Origin: Alphaproteobacteria bacterium
GTDB lineage: Bacteria > Pseudomonadota > Alphaproteobacteria > JAAXGF01
Assembly (NCBI GenBank): GCA_963555825.3
Contig: CAUVXB020000001.1
Location: 1,408,001-1,472,000, forward strand
Direction: 5' to 3'
DNA length: 64,000 nucleotides
The number at the start of each line of letters is the position of its first letter. Position 1 is the stretch's first letter. A program made the translations under genes and the position numbers. Under the pieces are notes generated by a model. The model had not been told where the DNA came from, searched no databases, and worked only from the letters and a program-made list of their open reading frames with translations. Below are positions 9,605 through 20,293 of the stretch, one piece after another.

Positions 9605-10996
9605 ATGGCAGTATCCCCGCCTCCGGCGCCTTCGTCCATCGATCTTTCCGGCCTGCCTCCTCGGGTCGTCGAGGCGGCCGCCCGGGTGCTCGCACTGTGT
9701 CGCGAGGAGCTTCGTTCCGAGCCGCGCCCCGAGGCGCCCGAGGAGGTCGAGTTGCGGGTGCGTGAGGCCACGAACGAGTTCGCTCGCGATGTCATGGGCG
9801 CCGTCATCGAGAACCGGGACGATGGCGCTTCCCGGATCGAGCGGGACGGGCAGAGCTGGTTCCGGGTCGCGGTGACGCCGAAGACGATCATGACCTCGCT
9901 CGGTCCGGTGACCTACCGGCGAGCGCGTTACCGCAGCGGCGCGAGCGGGGCATCGCCGGTGCCGGTCGACGAGAGCCTGGGCCTCGTCGACGATTACCTG
10001 ACGCGGCCGGCGGCCGAGCTCGGTCTGCTGATGATGGGTCACTGCACGGCCCGGGAAGCGGCGGCGTTCTTTGCGAAGACCGGCGCCATGACGCCGTCGG
10101 TGAGCACCCTGCAGCGCCTGACCCTGAGCATGCACGAATGCTGGGAGAGCCTCGGCCCGGAGACGCTGGGCAGCATCCGTGAGGCCGAGGGCATACCGCA
10201 GGACGCGACCACCGCCTCGGTCTCCCTCGACGGCGTCATGGTGCCGCTGAGACCCGGCGAGGACGGTCGCGCCAAGGCCTCCTGGCGCGAGGCTGCCTGC
10301 GGCACGGTCTCCTTCCACGACGCCGAGGGCAAGCGCCTGAAGACCCTCTATCTCGGCCGCATGCCGGAGAGCGGCAAGCTCACGCTGAAGGCGCAGCTTG
10401 CAAGCGAAGTCGCACACATCAGGCGAGCACGCCCCGAGATCGGGATCGTCGCTATCGCCGATGGCGCCGCCGACAACTGGACCTTCCTGGAGACCCTGTC
10501 GCCCGAAACCGAGGTGATCGACTTCTGGCATGCTTGCGAACATCTGCAAACCGCGTCCGACCATGCCGTGGCGCCCGGCTGGTTCGAGAAGTACCGCGAG
10601 ATCCTCCGTCACGATCCCCGTGGCGTCGCCAAGGTGATCCGGGCGCTGCGCCACCTTCGCGATGCCGCCGCTGCGCCGGACCGGGCCGAGACCGAGCGGG
10701 AACTCGCCTTCTTCCGCAAGCATCGCCATCGCATGCGCTACCACGCCCTGAAGGAAGAGGGCATCGCCATCGGCTCAGGCGTGGTCGAAGCTGCCAACAA
10801 GACCCTGGTGACACAGCGCATGAAGCGCTCCGGCATGCGCTGGCGGATCGTCGGCGGACAGGCTGTTCTGACCTTCCGCGCCCTGATCAAATCCGGCCGC
10901 TTCGAGCGGGCATGGAAGGCCCTGATCAGCGCAACCGACACACCGGCCAACGACAACATCAGTCCACGTGCAGCAGCCATGGCAATCGCTGCCTGA
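9605..10996 (+). CDS. ISKra4-like DDE transposase
   Basis: SLDG, ADGA..NW, DFWHACEHL, IGSGVVEAANK and RMKRSGMRW motifs. Confidence 0.9.
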   Translation: MAVSPPPAPSSIDLSGLPPRVVEAAARVLALCREELRSEPRPEAPEEVELRVREATNEFARDVMGAVIENRDDGASRIERDGQSWFRVAVTPKTIMTSLGPVTYRRARYRSGASGASPVPVDESLGLVDDYLTRPAAELGLLMMGHCTAREAAAFFAKTGAMTPSVSTLQRLTLSMHECWESLGPETLGSIREAEGIPQDATTASVSLDGVMVPLRPGEDGRAKASWREAACGTVSFHDAEGKRLKTLYLGRMPESGKLTLKAQLASEVAHIRRARPEIGIVAIADGAADNWTFLETLSPETEVIDFWHACEHLQTASDHAVAPGWFEKYREILRHDPRGVAKVIRALRHLRDAAAAPDRAETERELAFFRKHRHRMRYHALKEEGIAIGSGVVEAANKTLVTQRMKRSGMRWRIVGGQAVLTFRALIKSGRFERAWKALISATDTPANDNISPRAAAMAIAA

Positions 10997-12773
10997 ACTC
11001 AACGAACCAAGCCGCAGACATCACTGCCATGCGAGACTCGCACCCAGTCCCGCCGCCCGCCCGGTCGGGGCCGACCGTCCGGTCTACGCCATCGCCATGA
11101 TGCTCGCCGCGGTCGGCTTGTGGGCGCTGCACGACGCGCTCGCCAAGAACCTCGCCGAGACCTATGGCGTCGCCCAGATTATGGTGTTGCGCAGCATCGT
11201 CGCGGCGACGGTGGTCGGCGGTTTTCTGATCGCGACCAGCGGCACGACGCAACTTCGCACCGGACGGCTCGGGCTGAACCTTCTGCGCGGCGTGCTCGGC
11301 TGCGTGGCGATCGGGCTGTTCACGGCGGCGCTGCCCCGCCAGCCCCTGGTCAGCACCTTCGCGATCATCTCCGCCGGCCCACTCTTCATCACCGTCCTTT
11401 CGATCCCGCTGTTGCGCGAACCGGTCGGCCTACGCCGCTGGCTGGCGACGCTCGCGGGGTTCGCGGCGGTCCTGTTCATGCTCCAGCCGGGCAGCGACGT
11501 CGACCCCACCGCCGGGGCGATGCTCATCGTCTCCAACTTCTTCTTCGCGCTCACCATGATCCTGTCGCGCATCATCGGCCGCACCGACAGTGCCGGCACC
11601 ATGACGCTCTACACGCTGCTCACCTTCATCGTCGTGAACGGCGCCATCGCGCCGTTCCATTGGACCGTGCCGGGCGACGGCGAATGGTGGATCTTCGTCG
11701 CCATCGGCGTGATCGCCGCGGCCGCGCTCTATGCCATGGCCATGGCGTTCACGGTCGGCGCGCCGTCACTGGTCGCGCCGTTTGAATATACCGGCATCGC
11801 CTGGGCGGGCCTGTTCGGCTGGCTGTTCTGGGGCGAGGTGCCGAGCGGGATCGTCATGATCGGCGCGACCGCGCTCGTGCTGTGCGGCCTCTACCTACTG
11901 CACCGCGAACGCATCGCCAACCGGCGGACCCGGCCGATCGCCGCCGACGTGTTCAGCCACGAAGGCCCGTCGGACAACCGCGGTCGGGGCTAGCCGGCGG
12001 CGCGGCACATCGGGCGTGTGCTCAAGAGGTGATGATCGTCGGCTTTTGGGCGCAGAACGGAATTTTCGCGGGGGCCGTCACGTCGTCGCCTTGACCCGAA
12101 GCGGGCTCATGCACTTAAACGGTGACTCCCGTAAATGCACAATAGCCGGAGCCAGATGTGGCACCGCAGCCGCCACTCGGAAATGGTGTGGCTTTCTACG
12201 ACCTGATTGGTTCACAAGCCAACTGGCACTCCACCTGCGATCGGGAGAGCCACACCAGTGACATAGGAAGACGCAGGCCCGGCAAAATAAGAGATTGCTT
12301 CAGCGACCTCCTCGGGTGTGCCGGCGCGGCCCAAAGCAACGTTGGTGTATCGCTGCTCCATGATTTCGTCGACCGAAGCTTCCTGCTCAATCGCCAGGCG
12401 CGCATTCGCCGCCGCGTGCATATCGGTCATGATGTAACCGGGGCACACTGCATTGCACCGAATGCCATCGCCTCCGAATTCCGCCGCGATCGTTTTCGTC
12501 AGTCCAATGATACCGTGTTTCATTGCGGTATAAGCGCCAAACCCCGCTTCTGCGCCGAGGCTGCCCGTCGACCCGACATTGACGATTGCCCCGCCGCCAC
12601 TCACTCGGAGCTCGGGTATAACAGCCTGGCAGAATGTCATCGGCCCTAATAGGTTTACCCGAAAGCTCGCTGTCCAGTCTGCTTCCTTGGTGTCAAGGAA
12701 GGGTCCCGTTCTGAGGTGGTCCCACTTTGTTGGACAGTTTGGCAGCGCGGTTAAGGTGTATTCCGTTGTTTGA

Positions 12774-13703
12774 TCATGCTGCCAAAATCCTTTTTATCAC
12801 ATCCTGTTGCTGTTGTTGAGCCTGTGGGGATGTGGGCAAGGTGCGAGCCTTGTCCATCATATCCACAGGTTGACCGGCCCCGTAGGCCTCGGCCGGCGTT
12901 TGACCGTCGAGGGACGAATGGGGCCGCTCGGTGTTGTAGAAGCCGATCCACTCGCCGATGACCCGTTCGGCGTGGAAGCCGTCGGTGAGCTCGTGTAGGT
13001 AGACCGCCTCATACTTGAGAGACCGCCACAGGCGCTCGATGAAGATGTTGTCCATGCAGCGGCCCCGACCGTCCATGGAGATGCGGATGCTCGCGTTCTT
13101 GAGCACGCCGGTGAAGTCGAGGCTGGTGAACTGGCTGCCCTGATCCGTATTGAATATCTCCGGCTGGCCGTAGCGGGCCAGCGCGTCGCCCAAGGCCTCG
13201 GCGCAGAATCCAGCGTCCATGGTGTTCGACAGCCGCCAGGATAAAACGTGGCGCGTCGCCCAGTCCATGATCGCTACCAGGTACAGAAAGCCACGCTGGA
13301 CGGGGATATAGGTGATGTCGGCGCACCAGACCCGATTGGGCTGGTCGATAGCCATCCCTTTGAGAAGATAAGGATAAATCCGGTGCATGGGATGCGGCAC
13401 GCTGGTTCTCGGCGCCTGATAGATCGCCTCCAGGCCTATCAATCGCATCAACCTGCGAACCCGGTGACGGCCGACGCAAACGCCGTCCCGCCGCAACTGG
13501 CGGACCATCTGGCGGCTGCCGTAGAACGGGTACTTCATGAACAACTCGTCGATCCGACGCATCAGCGCCAGACTCGAAGGGCTCTCCCCCCTGGGCGCAT
13601 AATAGAACGAGGACCGGCCGATCGAAAGCAGGCGGCATTGACGGCTCAAGCTCAGCTCGGGGGCGTCGCGTGTGATCATCGCCTTGCGCTCCCCCCGGCT
13701 CAT
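12774..13703 (-). CDS. IS3 transposase OrfB (integrase core)
   Basis: WCADITY, NTDQGSQF, DNIFIERLWRSLKYE and YNTERPH motifs. Confidence 0.95.
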   Translation of the reverse strand: MSRGERKAMITRDAPELSLSRQCRLLSIGRSSFYYAPRGESPSSLALMRRIDELFMKYPFYGSRQMVRQLRRDGVCVGRHRVRRLMRLIGLEAIYQAPRTSVPHPMHRIYPYLLKGMAIDQPNRVWCADITYIPVQRGFLYLVAIMDWATRHVLSWRLSNTMDAGFCAEALGDALARYGQPEIFNTDQGSQFTSLDFTGVLKNASIRISMDGRGRCMDNIFIERLWRSLKYEAVYLHELTDGFHAERVIGEWIGFYNTERPHSSLDGQTPAEAYGAGQPVDMMDKARTLPTSPQAQQQQQDVIKRILAA

Positions 13704-13981
13704 CGCTTGAGCCCTCTGGCTAAAAAATCCCGTTCCACCGTCAGCTCGCCGATCTTGGCGTGAAGGTCGCGGACCTCGGATTCATGATCCCGGCAAGCGC
13801 GGTTGGCGCCGTTCGAAAACACTTCGCCCAGACCGTCCACCGCCTGGCGCTTCCAGGCGCTCACCTGGTTCGGATGCACCTTGTGCTTGGCCGCGATCTG
13901 CTGGATCGTCTTGTCGCCCCGCAGCGCTTCCAGCGCCACCCGGGCCTTGAATTCCGCCGTAAACCGGCGTCGATTCGTCAT
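13700..13981 (-). CDS. IS3 transposase OrfA
   Basis: RRRFTAEFKARVALEAL HTH; T-rich slippery site near the 3' end; ATGA overlap with orfB. Confidence 0.9.
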   Translation of the reverse strand: MTNRRRFTAEFKARVALEALRGDKTIQQIAAKHKVHPNQVSAWKRQAVDGLGEVFSNGANRACRDHESEVRDLHAKIGELTVERDFLARGLKR

Positions 13982-14085
13982 CTCGTATTCCTCCGTTATC
14001 CGGTGGAATACACCTTAGCTCCCTGTCCGATTTTCTGGGACCACCTCAGTTCCAACAATTGTTCCGGCATTATTCACTAGGATAT

Positions 14086-15210
14086 CTAGTGTCCCGATTC
14101 CGAAGTTCGCATGATTTTCGCCTGCTGTTCAGCGATTTCGATTGTTCGGAGGCAGAAGCGCTGGATGGCGCCGAGGATGTCATCGGCGGATTTGGTCCAT
14201 TTGAAGGGTTTGGGGTTCTGGTTTGTCGTGTCGATGTAGTCGAGGATGGTGCGCTCCAACTCCTTGGTGGAGCGATGGACGCCGCGCCTGATCTGCTTGT
14301 CGGTCAGCAGCCCGAACCAGCGCTCGACCTGGTTCAGCCAGGAGGCGCTGGTGGGTGTGAAATGGGCCTGCCAGCGCGGCCGTTTGGCGAACCAGTCGCG
14401 GATCGCCTTGGTCTTGTGGGTCCCGTAGTTGTCCATGACGATGTGGATGTCGAGATCAGCAGGGACGTTCGCCTCGACGAGGTCGAGGAATTTGCGGAAC
14501 TCTCGGGCCCGATGGCGCGGGAAACATTTGCCGATGATCTCTCCCGTGGCGATGTCGAGGGCCGCGAAGAGAGAGGTCGTGCCGTGGCGCTTGTAGTCGT
14601 GGCTGCGCCGCTCCGCCTGCCCGGGGCGCATCGGCAAGAGGGGCTGGGAACGGTCCAGGGCCTGGATCTGGCTCTTTTCGTCGACACAGAGAACCAGGGC
14701 ACGATCCGGCGGCGCCAAATACAGACCGACGATGTCGCGGACCTTCTCCACGAAGAAGGGATCGCTCGACAGCTTGAAGGTCTCCGAGCGATGCGGCTGC
14801 AAGCCGAAGGCCCGCCAGATGCGATGAATGGTCGAGGGCGCGTGGCCGCTCGCCCGCGCCATCGAGCGAAGGCTCCAATGGGTCGCGTCCGGCGGCGTCT
14901 CTTCCAGCGTCAGCCGGACCGCTTCCGCGATGGCGTCATCGCCGATTTGACGCGGCGCGCCGGGGCGGGGTTCGTCGTACAGACCGTCGAGGCCCTCCGC
15001 CGCATAGCGGCGACGCCACTTGCCCACGGTGTCCGCGCTCGCCTCGAGACGAACGGCGATCTCCTTGTTCTCCAACCCTTCCGCCGCCGCCAAGACGATC
15101 CGAGCCCGCCGCGCAAGCCCCTGCGACGTCTTGCGACGACGAGACAGCGCCTCCAATTCGGCGCGCTCGTCATCGCTCAAAGAGATCGTCACCGCCACTC
15201 TCGCCATCAA
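14086..15210 (-). CDS. IS630 transposase, copy 1
   Basis: [19 protein letters not shown] and [10 protein letters not shown] motifs. Confidence 0.95.
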   Translation of the reverse strand: MMARVAVTISLSDDERAELEALSRRRKTSQGLARRARIVLAAAEGLENKEIAVRLEASADTVGKWRRRYAAEGLDGLYDEPRPGAPRQIGDDAIAEAVRLTLEETPPDATHWSLRSMARASGHAPSTIHRIWRAFGLQPHRSETFKLSSDPFFVEKVRDIVGLYLAPPDRALVLCVDEKSQIQALDRSQPLLPMRPGQAERRSHDYKRHGTTSLFAALDIATGEIIGKCFPRHRAREFRKFLDLVEANVPADLDIHIVMDNYGTHKTKAIRDWFAKRPRWQAHFTPTSASWLNQVERWFGLLTDKQIRRGVHRSTKELERTILDYIDTTNQNPKPFKWTKSADDILGAIQRFCLRTIEIAEQQAKIMRTSESGH

Positions 15211-15266
15211 TCGCGCCTCCTAAAAACAAATAGAGACATAATCATATCAATTTATCGATCAGGACA

Positions 15267-16391
15267 CTAGTGTCCCGATTCCGAAGTTCGCATGATTTTC
15301 GCCTGCTGTTCAGCGATTTCGATTGTTCGGAGGCAGAAGCGCTGGATGGCGCCGAGGATGTCATCGGCGGATTTGGTCCATTTGAAGGGTTTGGGGTTCT
15401 GGTTTGTCGTGTCGATGTAGTCGAGGATGGTGCGCTCCAACTCCTTGGTGGAGCGATGGACGCCGCGCCTGATCTGCTTGTCGGTCAGCAGCCCGAACCA
15501 GCGCTCGACCTGGTTCAGCCAGGAGGCGCTGGTGGGTGTGAAATGGGCCTGCCAGCGCGGCCGTTTGGCGAACCAGTCGCGGATCGCCTTGGTCTTGTGG
15601 GTCCCGTAGTTGTCCATGACGATGTGGATGTCGAGATCAGCAGGGACGTTCGCCTCGACGAGGTCGAGGAATTTGCGGAACTCTCGGGCCCGATGGCGCG
15701 GGAAACATTTGCCGATGATCTCTCCCGTGGCGATGTCGAGGGCCGCGAAGAGAGAGGTCGTGCCGTGGCGCTTGTAGTCGTGGCTGCGCCGCTCCGCCTG
15801 CCCGGGGCGCATCGGCAAGAGGGGCTGGGAACGGTCCAGGGCCTGGATCTGGCTCTTTTCGTCGACACAGAGAACCAGGGCACGATCCGGCGGCGCCAAA
15901 TACAGACCGACGATGTCGCGGACCTTCTCCACGAAGAAGGGATCGCTCGACAGCTTGAAGGTCTCCGAGCGATGCGGCTGCAAGCCGAAGGCCCGCCAGA
16001 TGCGATGAATGGTCGAGGGCGCGTGGCCGCTCGCCCGCGCCATCGAGCGAAGGCTCCAATGGGTCGCGTCCGGCGGCGTCTCTTCCAGCGTCAGCCGGAC
16101 CGCTTCCGCGATGGCGTCATCGCCGATTTGACGCGGCGCGCCGGGGCGGGGTTCGTCGTACAGACCGTCGAGGCCCTCCGCCGCATAGCGGCGACGCCAC
16201 TTGCCCACGGTGTCCGCGCTCGCCTCGAGACGAACGGCGATCTCCTTGTTCTCCAACCCTTCCGCCGCCGCCAAGACGATCCGAGCCCGCCGCGCAAGCC
16301 CCTGCGACGTCTTGCGACGACGAGACAGCGCCTCCAATTCGGCGCGCTCGTCATCGCTCAAAGAGATCGTCACCGCCACTCTCGCCATCAA
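15267..16391 (-). CDS. IS630 transposase, copy 2
   Basis: Protein identical to copy 1. Confidence 0.95.
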   Translation of the reverse strand: MMARVAVTISLSDDERAELEALSRRRKTSQGLARRARIVLAAAEGLENKEIAVRLEASADTVGKWRRRYAAEGLDGLYDEPRPGAPRQIGDDAIAEAVRLTLEETPPDATHWSLRSMARASGHAPSTIHRIWRAFGLQPHRSETFKLSSDPFFVEKVRDIVGLYLAPPDRALVLCVDEKSQIQALDRSQPLLPMRPGQAERRSHDYKRHGTTSLFAALDIATGEIIGKCFPRHRAREFRKFLDLVEANVPADLDIHIVMDNYGTHKTKAIRDWFAKRPRWQAHFTPTSASWLNQVERWFGLLTDKQIRRGVHRSTKELERTILDYIDTTNQNPKPFKWTKSADDILGAIQRFCLRTIEIAEQQAKIMRTSESGH

Positions 16392-16447
16392 TCGCGCCTC
16401 CTAAAAACAAATAGAGACATAATCATATCAATTTATCGATCAGGACA

Positions 16448-17572
16448 CTAGTGTCCCGATTCCGAAGTTCGCATGATTTTCGCCTGCTGTTCAGCGATTT
16501 CGATTGTTCGGAGGCAGAAGCGCTGGATGGCGCCGAGGATGTCATCGGCGGATTTGGTCCATTTGAAGGGTTTGGGGTTCTGGTTTGTCGTGTCGATGTA
16601 GTCGAGGATGGTGCGCTCCAACTCCTTGGTGGAGCGATGGACGCCGCGCCTGATCTGCTTGTCGGTCAGCAGCCCGAACCAGCGCTCGACCTGGTTCAGC
16701 CAGGAGGCGCTGGTGGGTGTGAAATGGGCCTGCCAGCGCGGCCGTTTGGCGAACCAGTCGCGGATCGCCTTGGTCTTGTGGGTCCCGTAGTTGTCCATGA
16801 CGATGTGGATGTCGAGATCAGCAGGGACGTTCGCCTCGACGAGGTCGAGGAATTTGCGGAACTCTCGGGCCCGATGGCGCGGGAAACATTTGCCGATGAT
16901 CTCTCCCGTGGCGATGTCGAGGGCCGCGAAGAGAGAGGTCGTGCCGTGGCGCTTGTAGTCGTGGCTGCGCCGCTCCGCCTGCCCGGGGCGCATCGGCAAG
17001 AGGGGCTGGGAACGGTCCAGGGCCTGGATCTGGCTCTTTTCGTCGACACAGAGAACCAGGGCACGATCCGGCGGCGCCAAATACAGACCGACGATGTCGC
17101 GGACCTTCTCCACGAAGAAGGGATCGCTCGACAGCTTGAAGGTCTCCGAGCGATGCGGCTGCAAGCCGAAGGCCCGCCAGATGCGATGAATGGTCGAGGG
17201 CGCGTGGCCGCTCGCCCGCGCCATCGAGCGAAGGCTCCAATGGGTCGCGTCCGGCGGCGTCTCTTCCAGCGTCAGCCGGACCGCTTCCGCGATGGCGTCA
17301 TCGCCGATTTGACGCGGCGCGCCGGGGCGGGGTTCGTCGTACAGACCGTCGAGGCCCTCCGCCGCATAGCGGCGACGCCACTTGCCCACGGTGTCCGCGC
17401 TCGCCTCGAGACGAACGGCGATCTCCTTGTTCTCCAACCCTTCCGCCGCCGCCAAGACGATCCGAGCCCGCCGCGCAAGCCCCTGCGACGTCTTGCGACG
17501 ACGAGACAGCGCCTCCAATTCGGCGCGCTCGTCATCGCTCAAAGAGATCGTCACCGCCACTCTCGCCATCAA
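16448..17572 (-). CDS. IS630 transposase, copy 3
   Basis: Protein identical to copy 1. Confidence 0.95.
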   Translation of the reverse strand: MMARVAVTISLSDDERAELEALSRRRKTSQGLARRARIVLAAAEGLENKEIAVRLEASADTVGKWRRRYAAEGLDGLYDEPRPGAPRQIGDDAIAEAVRLTLEETPPDATHWSLRSMARASGHAPSTIHRIWRAFGLQPHRSETFKLSSDPFFVEKVRDIVGLYLAPPDRALVLCVDEKSQIQALDRSQPLLPMRPGQAERRSHDYKRHGTTSLFAALDIATGEIIGKCFPRHRAREFRKFLDLVEANVPADLDIHIVMDNYGTHKTKAIRDWFAKRPRWQAHFTPTSASWLNQVERWFGLLTDKQIRRGVHRSTKELERTILDYIDTTNQNPKPFKWTKSADDILGAIQRFCLRTIEIAEQQAKIMRTSESGH

Positions 17573-18026
17573 TCGCGCCTCCTAAAAACAAATAGAGACA
17601 TAATCATATCAATTTATCGATCAGGACACTAGCCGTCCTAAGTTTTCCTTTGCGATGCGAATGCAGCAGTGGATGTGTTCCGGATTAGTCACATCGACCT
17701 CCAACGCAACGGCTGTCCCGCCGGATTTCTCAATCTCGTCCGCGAGATTTGCGAGCAGATCGAGCTTGCTCCAGCGCGACCCGTCAACGTCGAGATCACC
17801 GGCAACATCGGTCACGACAACCGCCGCACCGTCCCTTGCGAGACGAATGGCCGCCGCTCTTCCTATTCCGTTTGGGGCGGCCGCTCCGGTTACGATTGCC
17901 GTTTTTCCTGAAAGCAAATTCATTCCACTGTCCTCCATTATCTGCTTAGTACCCGGTGTCGGGGTTCTTGAGTGTGCGCGAGTTTCTCCATTACGCTGAG
18001 CGTCGCTGAACCGCGCATCACACCTT

Positions 18027-18998
18027 TCAATCGATTTTCCCAGGATCGAATGCCCCAGAAATAGGCTTCGCGTCCGGCCAGTTGCTGCGAATGATTTCCT
18101 GGTGCCAGGTTCCCATGACTACGGGCGGACGTTCATAGCCCTCAATGCATTCGACGACCGGCTCCACCACTGTGTCGTAACGAGGTGTCGCGAAATAGGG
18201 GAAGGAGTATCGTTCCTTTCCCGTCCGGTTAACCACCTTGTGGGGCGTTGAAACGAAGTGGCCGCCAGTCCAATGCTCCATCACATCGCCGATATTGATC
18301 ACGAAGGCGCCTTCAGGCGCGGCCGCCTCGATCCACTGGCCCTCCCGGCTACGAACCATCAAGCCGCCGATCGGATCGGGATAGAGGATGGTGAAGGCTG
18401 ACGAGTCCTTGTGGGGATGAATTCCAAAGCCATCTTCATCGGTCGCCATCGTTGGGTAGTGGAGCAGCGTCATGCTCGTTAGCGGCGTTCGGAAGTGGGG
18501 CAGGAAGAATTCTTCGTCTAATTCAATGGCAAATGCCAACGCCCTCAGGAGATTGTCCGCAAACCGATCGACCTGCCGCCAGTATGCGCGCACGGCCACT
18601 TTCATGCCCGGCAGAGTCTCGGGCCAGACATTGGGGCCATAAAATGGGTATGCCTCGCGGATGGGGTCGTCGGGTGCGACTTCCGCATGCAGCTTGTAGC
18701 CTTCGTACTGATCCGGCGCGTAGCCCGAGGAGTTGGGTGTGAAGAAGCCAATGGGGATGTAGCCGCGGTAGTTGCCAGGCCTGACCCTATGGCGCGCCTT
18801 TACCTCATCTGGCTGGGCGAAAGTCTCGATTAGCGCTCGGCGCATCGCATCAATGACCTCTCGCTCGACGCCATGGCCGGAAACGCAGAGGAATCCGATT
18901 TCCGTGCAGGCCTTCCGCACCGCGTCGACTACCGTCCGGCGGGCTGCCGTGGAGCCTTTTTCGAACGGAGAAAAATCAATCGACGGAAGCGATCCCAT
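18027..18998 (-). CDS. 2-oxoglutarate/Fe(II) oxygenase (isopenicillin N synthase-like)
   Basis: GFLCVSGHGV, HKD...H metal triad and RYS motif. Confidence 0.9.
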   Translation of the reverse strand: MGSLPSIDFSPFEKGSTAARRTVVDAVRKACTEIGFLCVSGHGVEREVIDAMRRALIETFAQPDEVKARHRVRPGNYRGYIPIGFFTPNSSGYAPDQYEGYKLHAEVAPDDPIREAYPFYGPNVWPETLPGMKVAVRAYWRQVDRFADNLLRALAFAIELDEEFFLPHFRTPLTSMTLLHYPTMATDEDGFGIHPHKDSSAFTILYPDPIGGLMVRSREGQWIEAAAPEGAFVINIGDVMEHWTGGHFVSTPHKVVNRTGKERYSFPYFATPRYDTVVEPVVECIEGYERPPVVMGTWHQEIIRSNWPDAKPISGAFDPGKID

Positions 18999-19114
18999 CA
19001 CACACCTCGCAAATCTATCCTCTACGGAGAGTGCCTCGGATCGCAATACTCGGCTTGTCGGATTAAGCCTTTTTCTTTAAGAATTCTGCCATCTGGCAAT
19101 TTGGAACTGGATCG

Positions 19115-20053
19115 ATGGAAGGAACAGATACGTCCGGAAAGACCGTGCGCGTCGCAATCGTGCTATTGCCAGAGCACTCGATGATGGTTCACACGCTGCT
19201 CGCAGAGCTGTTGAGGATCGCCGGTCTCGCGGGTGCCGTACAGTTCGAGACCATCGTCTGTTCGTCGGACGGGCGGCCGGTGAGTTCCAGCAATGGCCGC
19301 GTGGTAGAGATCGACGCGGCGTTGGCAGACGTCTCCCGGCCGAACGCGGCTATCGTCTGTGCATCCTACAATCCTTACGACCACGTCGACCGCGCCCTTA
19401 TCGCTTTGCTTAGGCCCCTTGAGCGGCGAGGCACTCTGATCGGAGGGGTCGACACCGGCGCCATAACTCTAGCTGAGGGAGGTCTTTTGGAAGGGCGGCG
19501 TGCGACGCTGCATTGGGATGAGCTTGATCTCGCGCGGGAAAAGTACCCGGGCGTCCGATTTACCGGGGCGCTTGTTGAGCGTTCTCCGCGTCACCTGACA
19601 GGGTGCGGATCGCTCGGCACCATTGAATTCGCGTTGGAGCTTGTCGCCGCATTCGCCGGGCGGGAGATCGCCGACAGAGTGATGGACCTGACGATCCACG
19701 GGCGTCACGAGACGAAGTTCGAACATGCGAACCCGGCACTCTCAAAGGCCATCAAGGCGATGTCGGAAGATATCGGGGCGCCGCTAGCGATCGAAGCGAT
19801 CGCCCAGCTTGTCAATCTGTCGACCCGGCAGTTGACGCGAAAGTTCGATATCGAGTTTGGGATTGGCCCAGGTCGCTACTACCTGAACCTGCGCCTTGAT
19901 CGAGCCCACGAGTTGATCACTAAAACTCGTTTCCCACTTTCCGAAATCGCGTTGTCAACAGGATTCAACTCCGCATCCTGGTTCAGCCGGGCCTTCAAGG
20001 CAAAATTCTCGAAATCTCCTACAGAGGCGCGGAAAAGGCGGCGGCTGCCATAG
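19115..20053 (+). CDS. GlxA-family AraC transcriptional regulator
   Basis: DJ-1-like N-domain (LAEGGLL, ATLHW) plus AraC HTH (GF.S...FSRAFK). Confidence 0.9.
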   Translation: MEGTDTSGKTVRVAIVLLPEHSMMVHTLLAELLRIAGLAGAVQFETIVCSSDGRPVSSSNGRVVEIDAALADVSRPNAAIVCASYNPYDHVDRALIALLRPLERRGTLIGGVDTGAITLAEGGLLEGRRATLHWDELDLAREKYPGVRFTGALVERSPRHLTGCGSLGTIEFALELVAAFAGREIADRVMDLTIHGRHETKFEHANPALSKAIKAMSEDIGAPLAIEAIAQLVNLSTRQLTRKFDIEFGIGPGRYYLNLRLDRAHELITKTRFPLSEIALSTGFNSASWFSRAFKAKFSKSPTEARKRRRLP

Positions 20054-20293
20054 CGGTTGTTTCTCCAGCGGAAGGGTCAGACGCGACCGACCAGGGCGAT
20101 GAATCGGGGACAGTAGGCAGCTCCTGGCTATACGCGAACTCAAATGCGGCATGATTGATACGACCGTGCAATAACGGCAAGCAGACCGGGCTACCGGCCC
20201 TCCCCGGCATGATTCTCCCGCCTCGATCGCGTGACCAATGACCACCGATCTCGGGACGGCTGGCTGAGCGCTCGGCTGATCAGCCGCCGGCCC

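Larger units (their letters stand above)
9392..11045 (+). mobile_element. ISKra4-like (UPF0236-type) insertion sequence, copy 1, 1654 bp
   Basis: 19-bp imperfect TIRs GGGTGTGGGTCTGGTATGG / CCATGCGAGACTCGCACCC; 8-bp target duplication AGTCCCGC. Confidence 0.9.
9378..11993 (+). pseudogene. DMT/EamA transporter interrupted in codon 5 by an ISKra4-like element
   Basis: ATG 9378 (MTSPA) rejoins in frame after the duplicated AGTCCCGC (ARPVGADRP...); multiple TM helices and APFEY motif. Confidence 0.85.
12712..14048 (-). mobile_element. IS3 family insertion sequence
   Basis: TG...CA ends; TIRs TGAGGTGGTCCCA...GGACAG; 4-bp target duplication GTTC; orfA and orfB present. Confidence 0.95.
14086..17632 (-). 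mobile_element. Three head-to-tail IS630 elements (1181-bp period)
   Basis: Units joined by shared CTAG at 14086, 15267, 16448 and 17629; ends (TA)GTGTCC...GGACAC(TA); identical translated ORFs. Confidence 0.95.
12212..17923 (-). pseudogene. SDR oxidoreductase split into three pieces by an IS3 and a triple IS630
   Basis: TGAAAPNGIG...LGRL (17923-17630) + [12 protein letters not shown] (14086-14049) + TGPFLDT...YTAMK (12711-12212) rejoin in frame. Confidence 0.9.

Noticed and set aside
9416-10744. 442-aa ORF antisense to the ISKra4-like transposase (also 35149-36477)
   Set aside because: GC-rich shadow frame with no recognisable domain
12037-12106. REP-like remnant (GTCGGCTTTTGG...TTGACCCGAAGCGG) at the islet border
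   Set aside because: Single degenerate copy in the window; cannot be supported without a genome search
14059-17632. Three ~393-403 aa plus-strand ORFs
   Set aside because: Antisense shadows of the IS630 transposase, with no independent motifs
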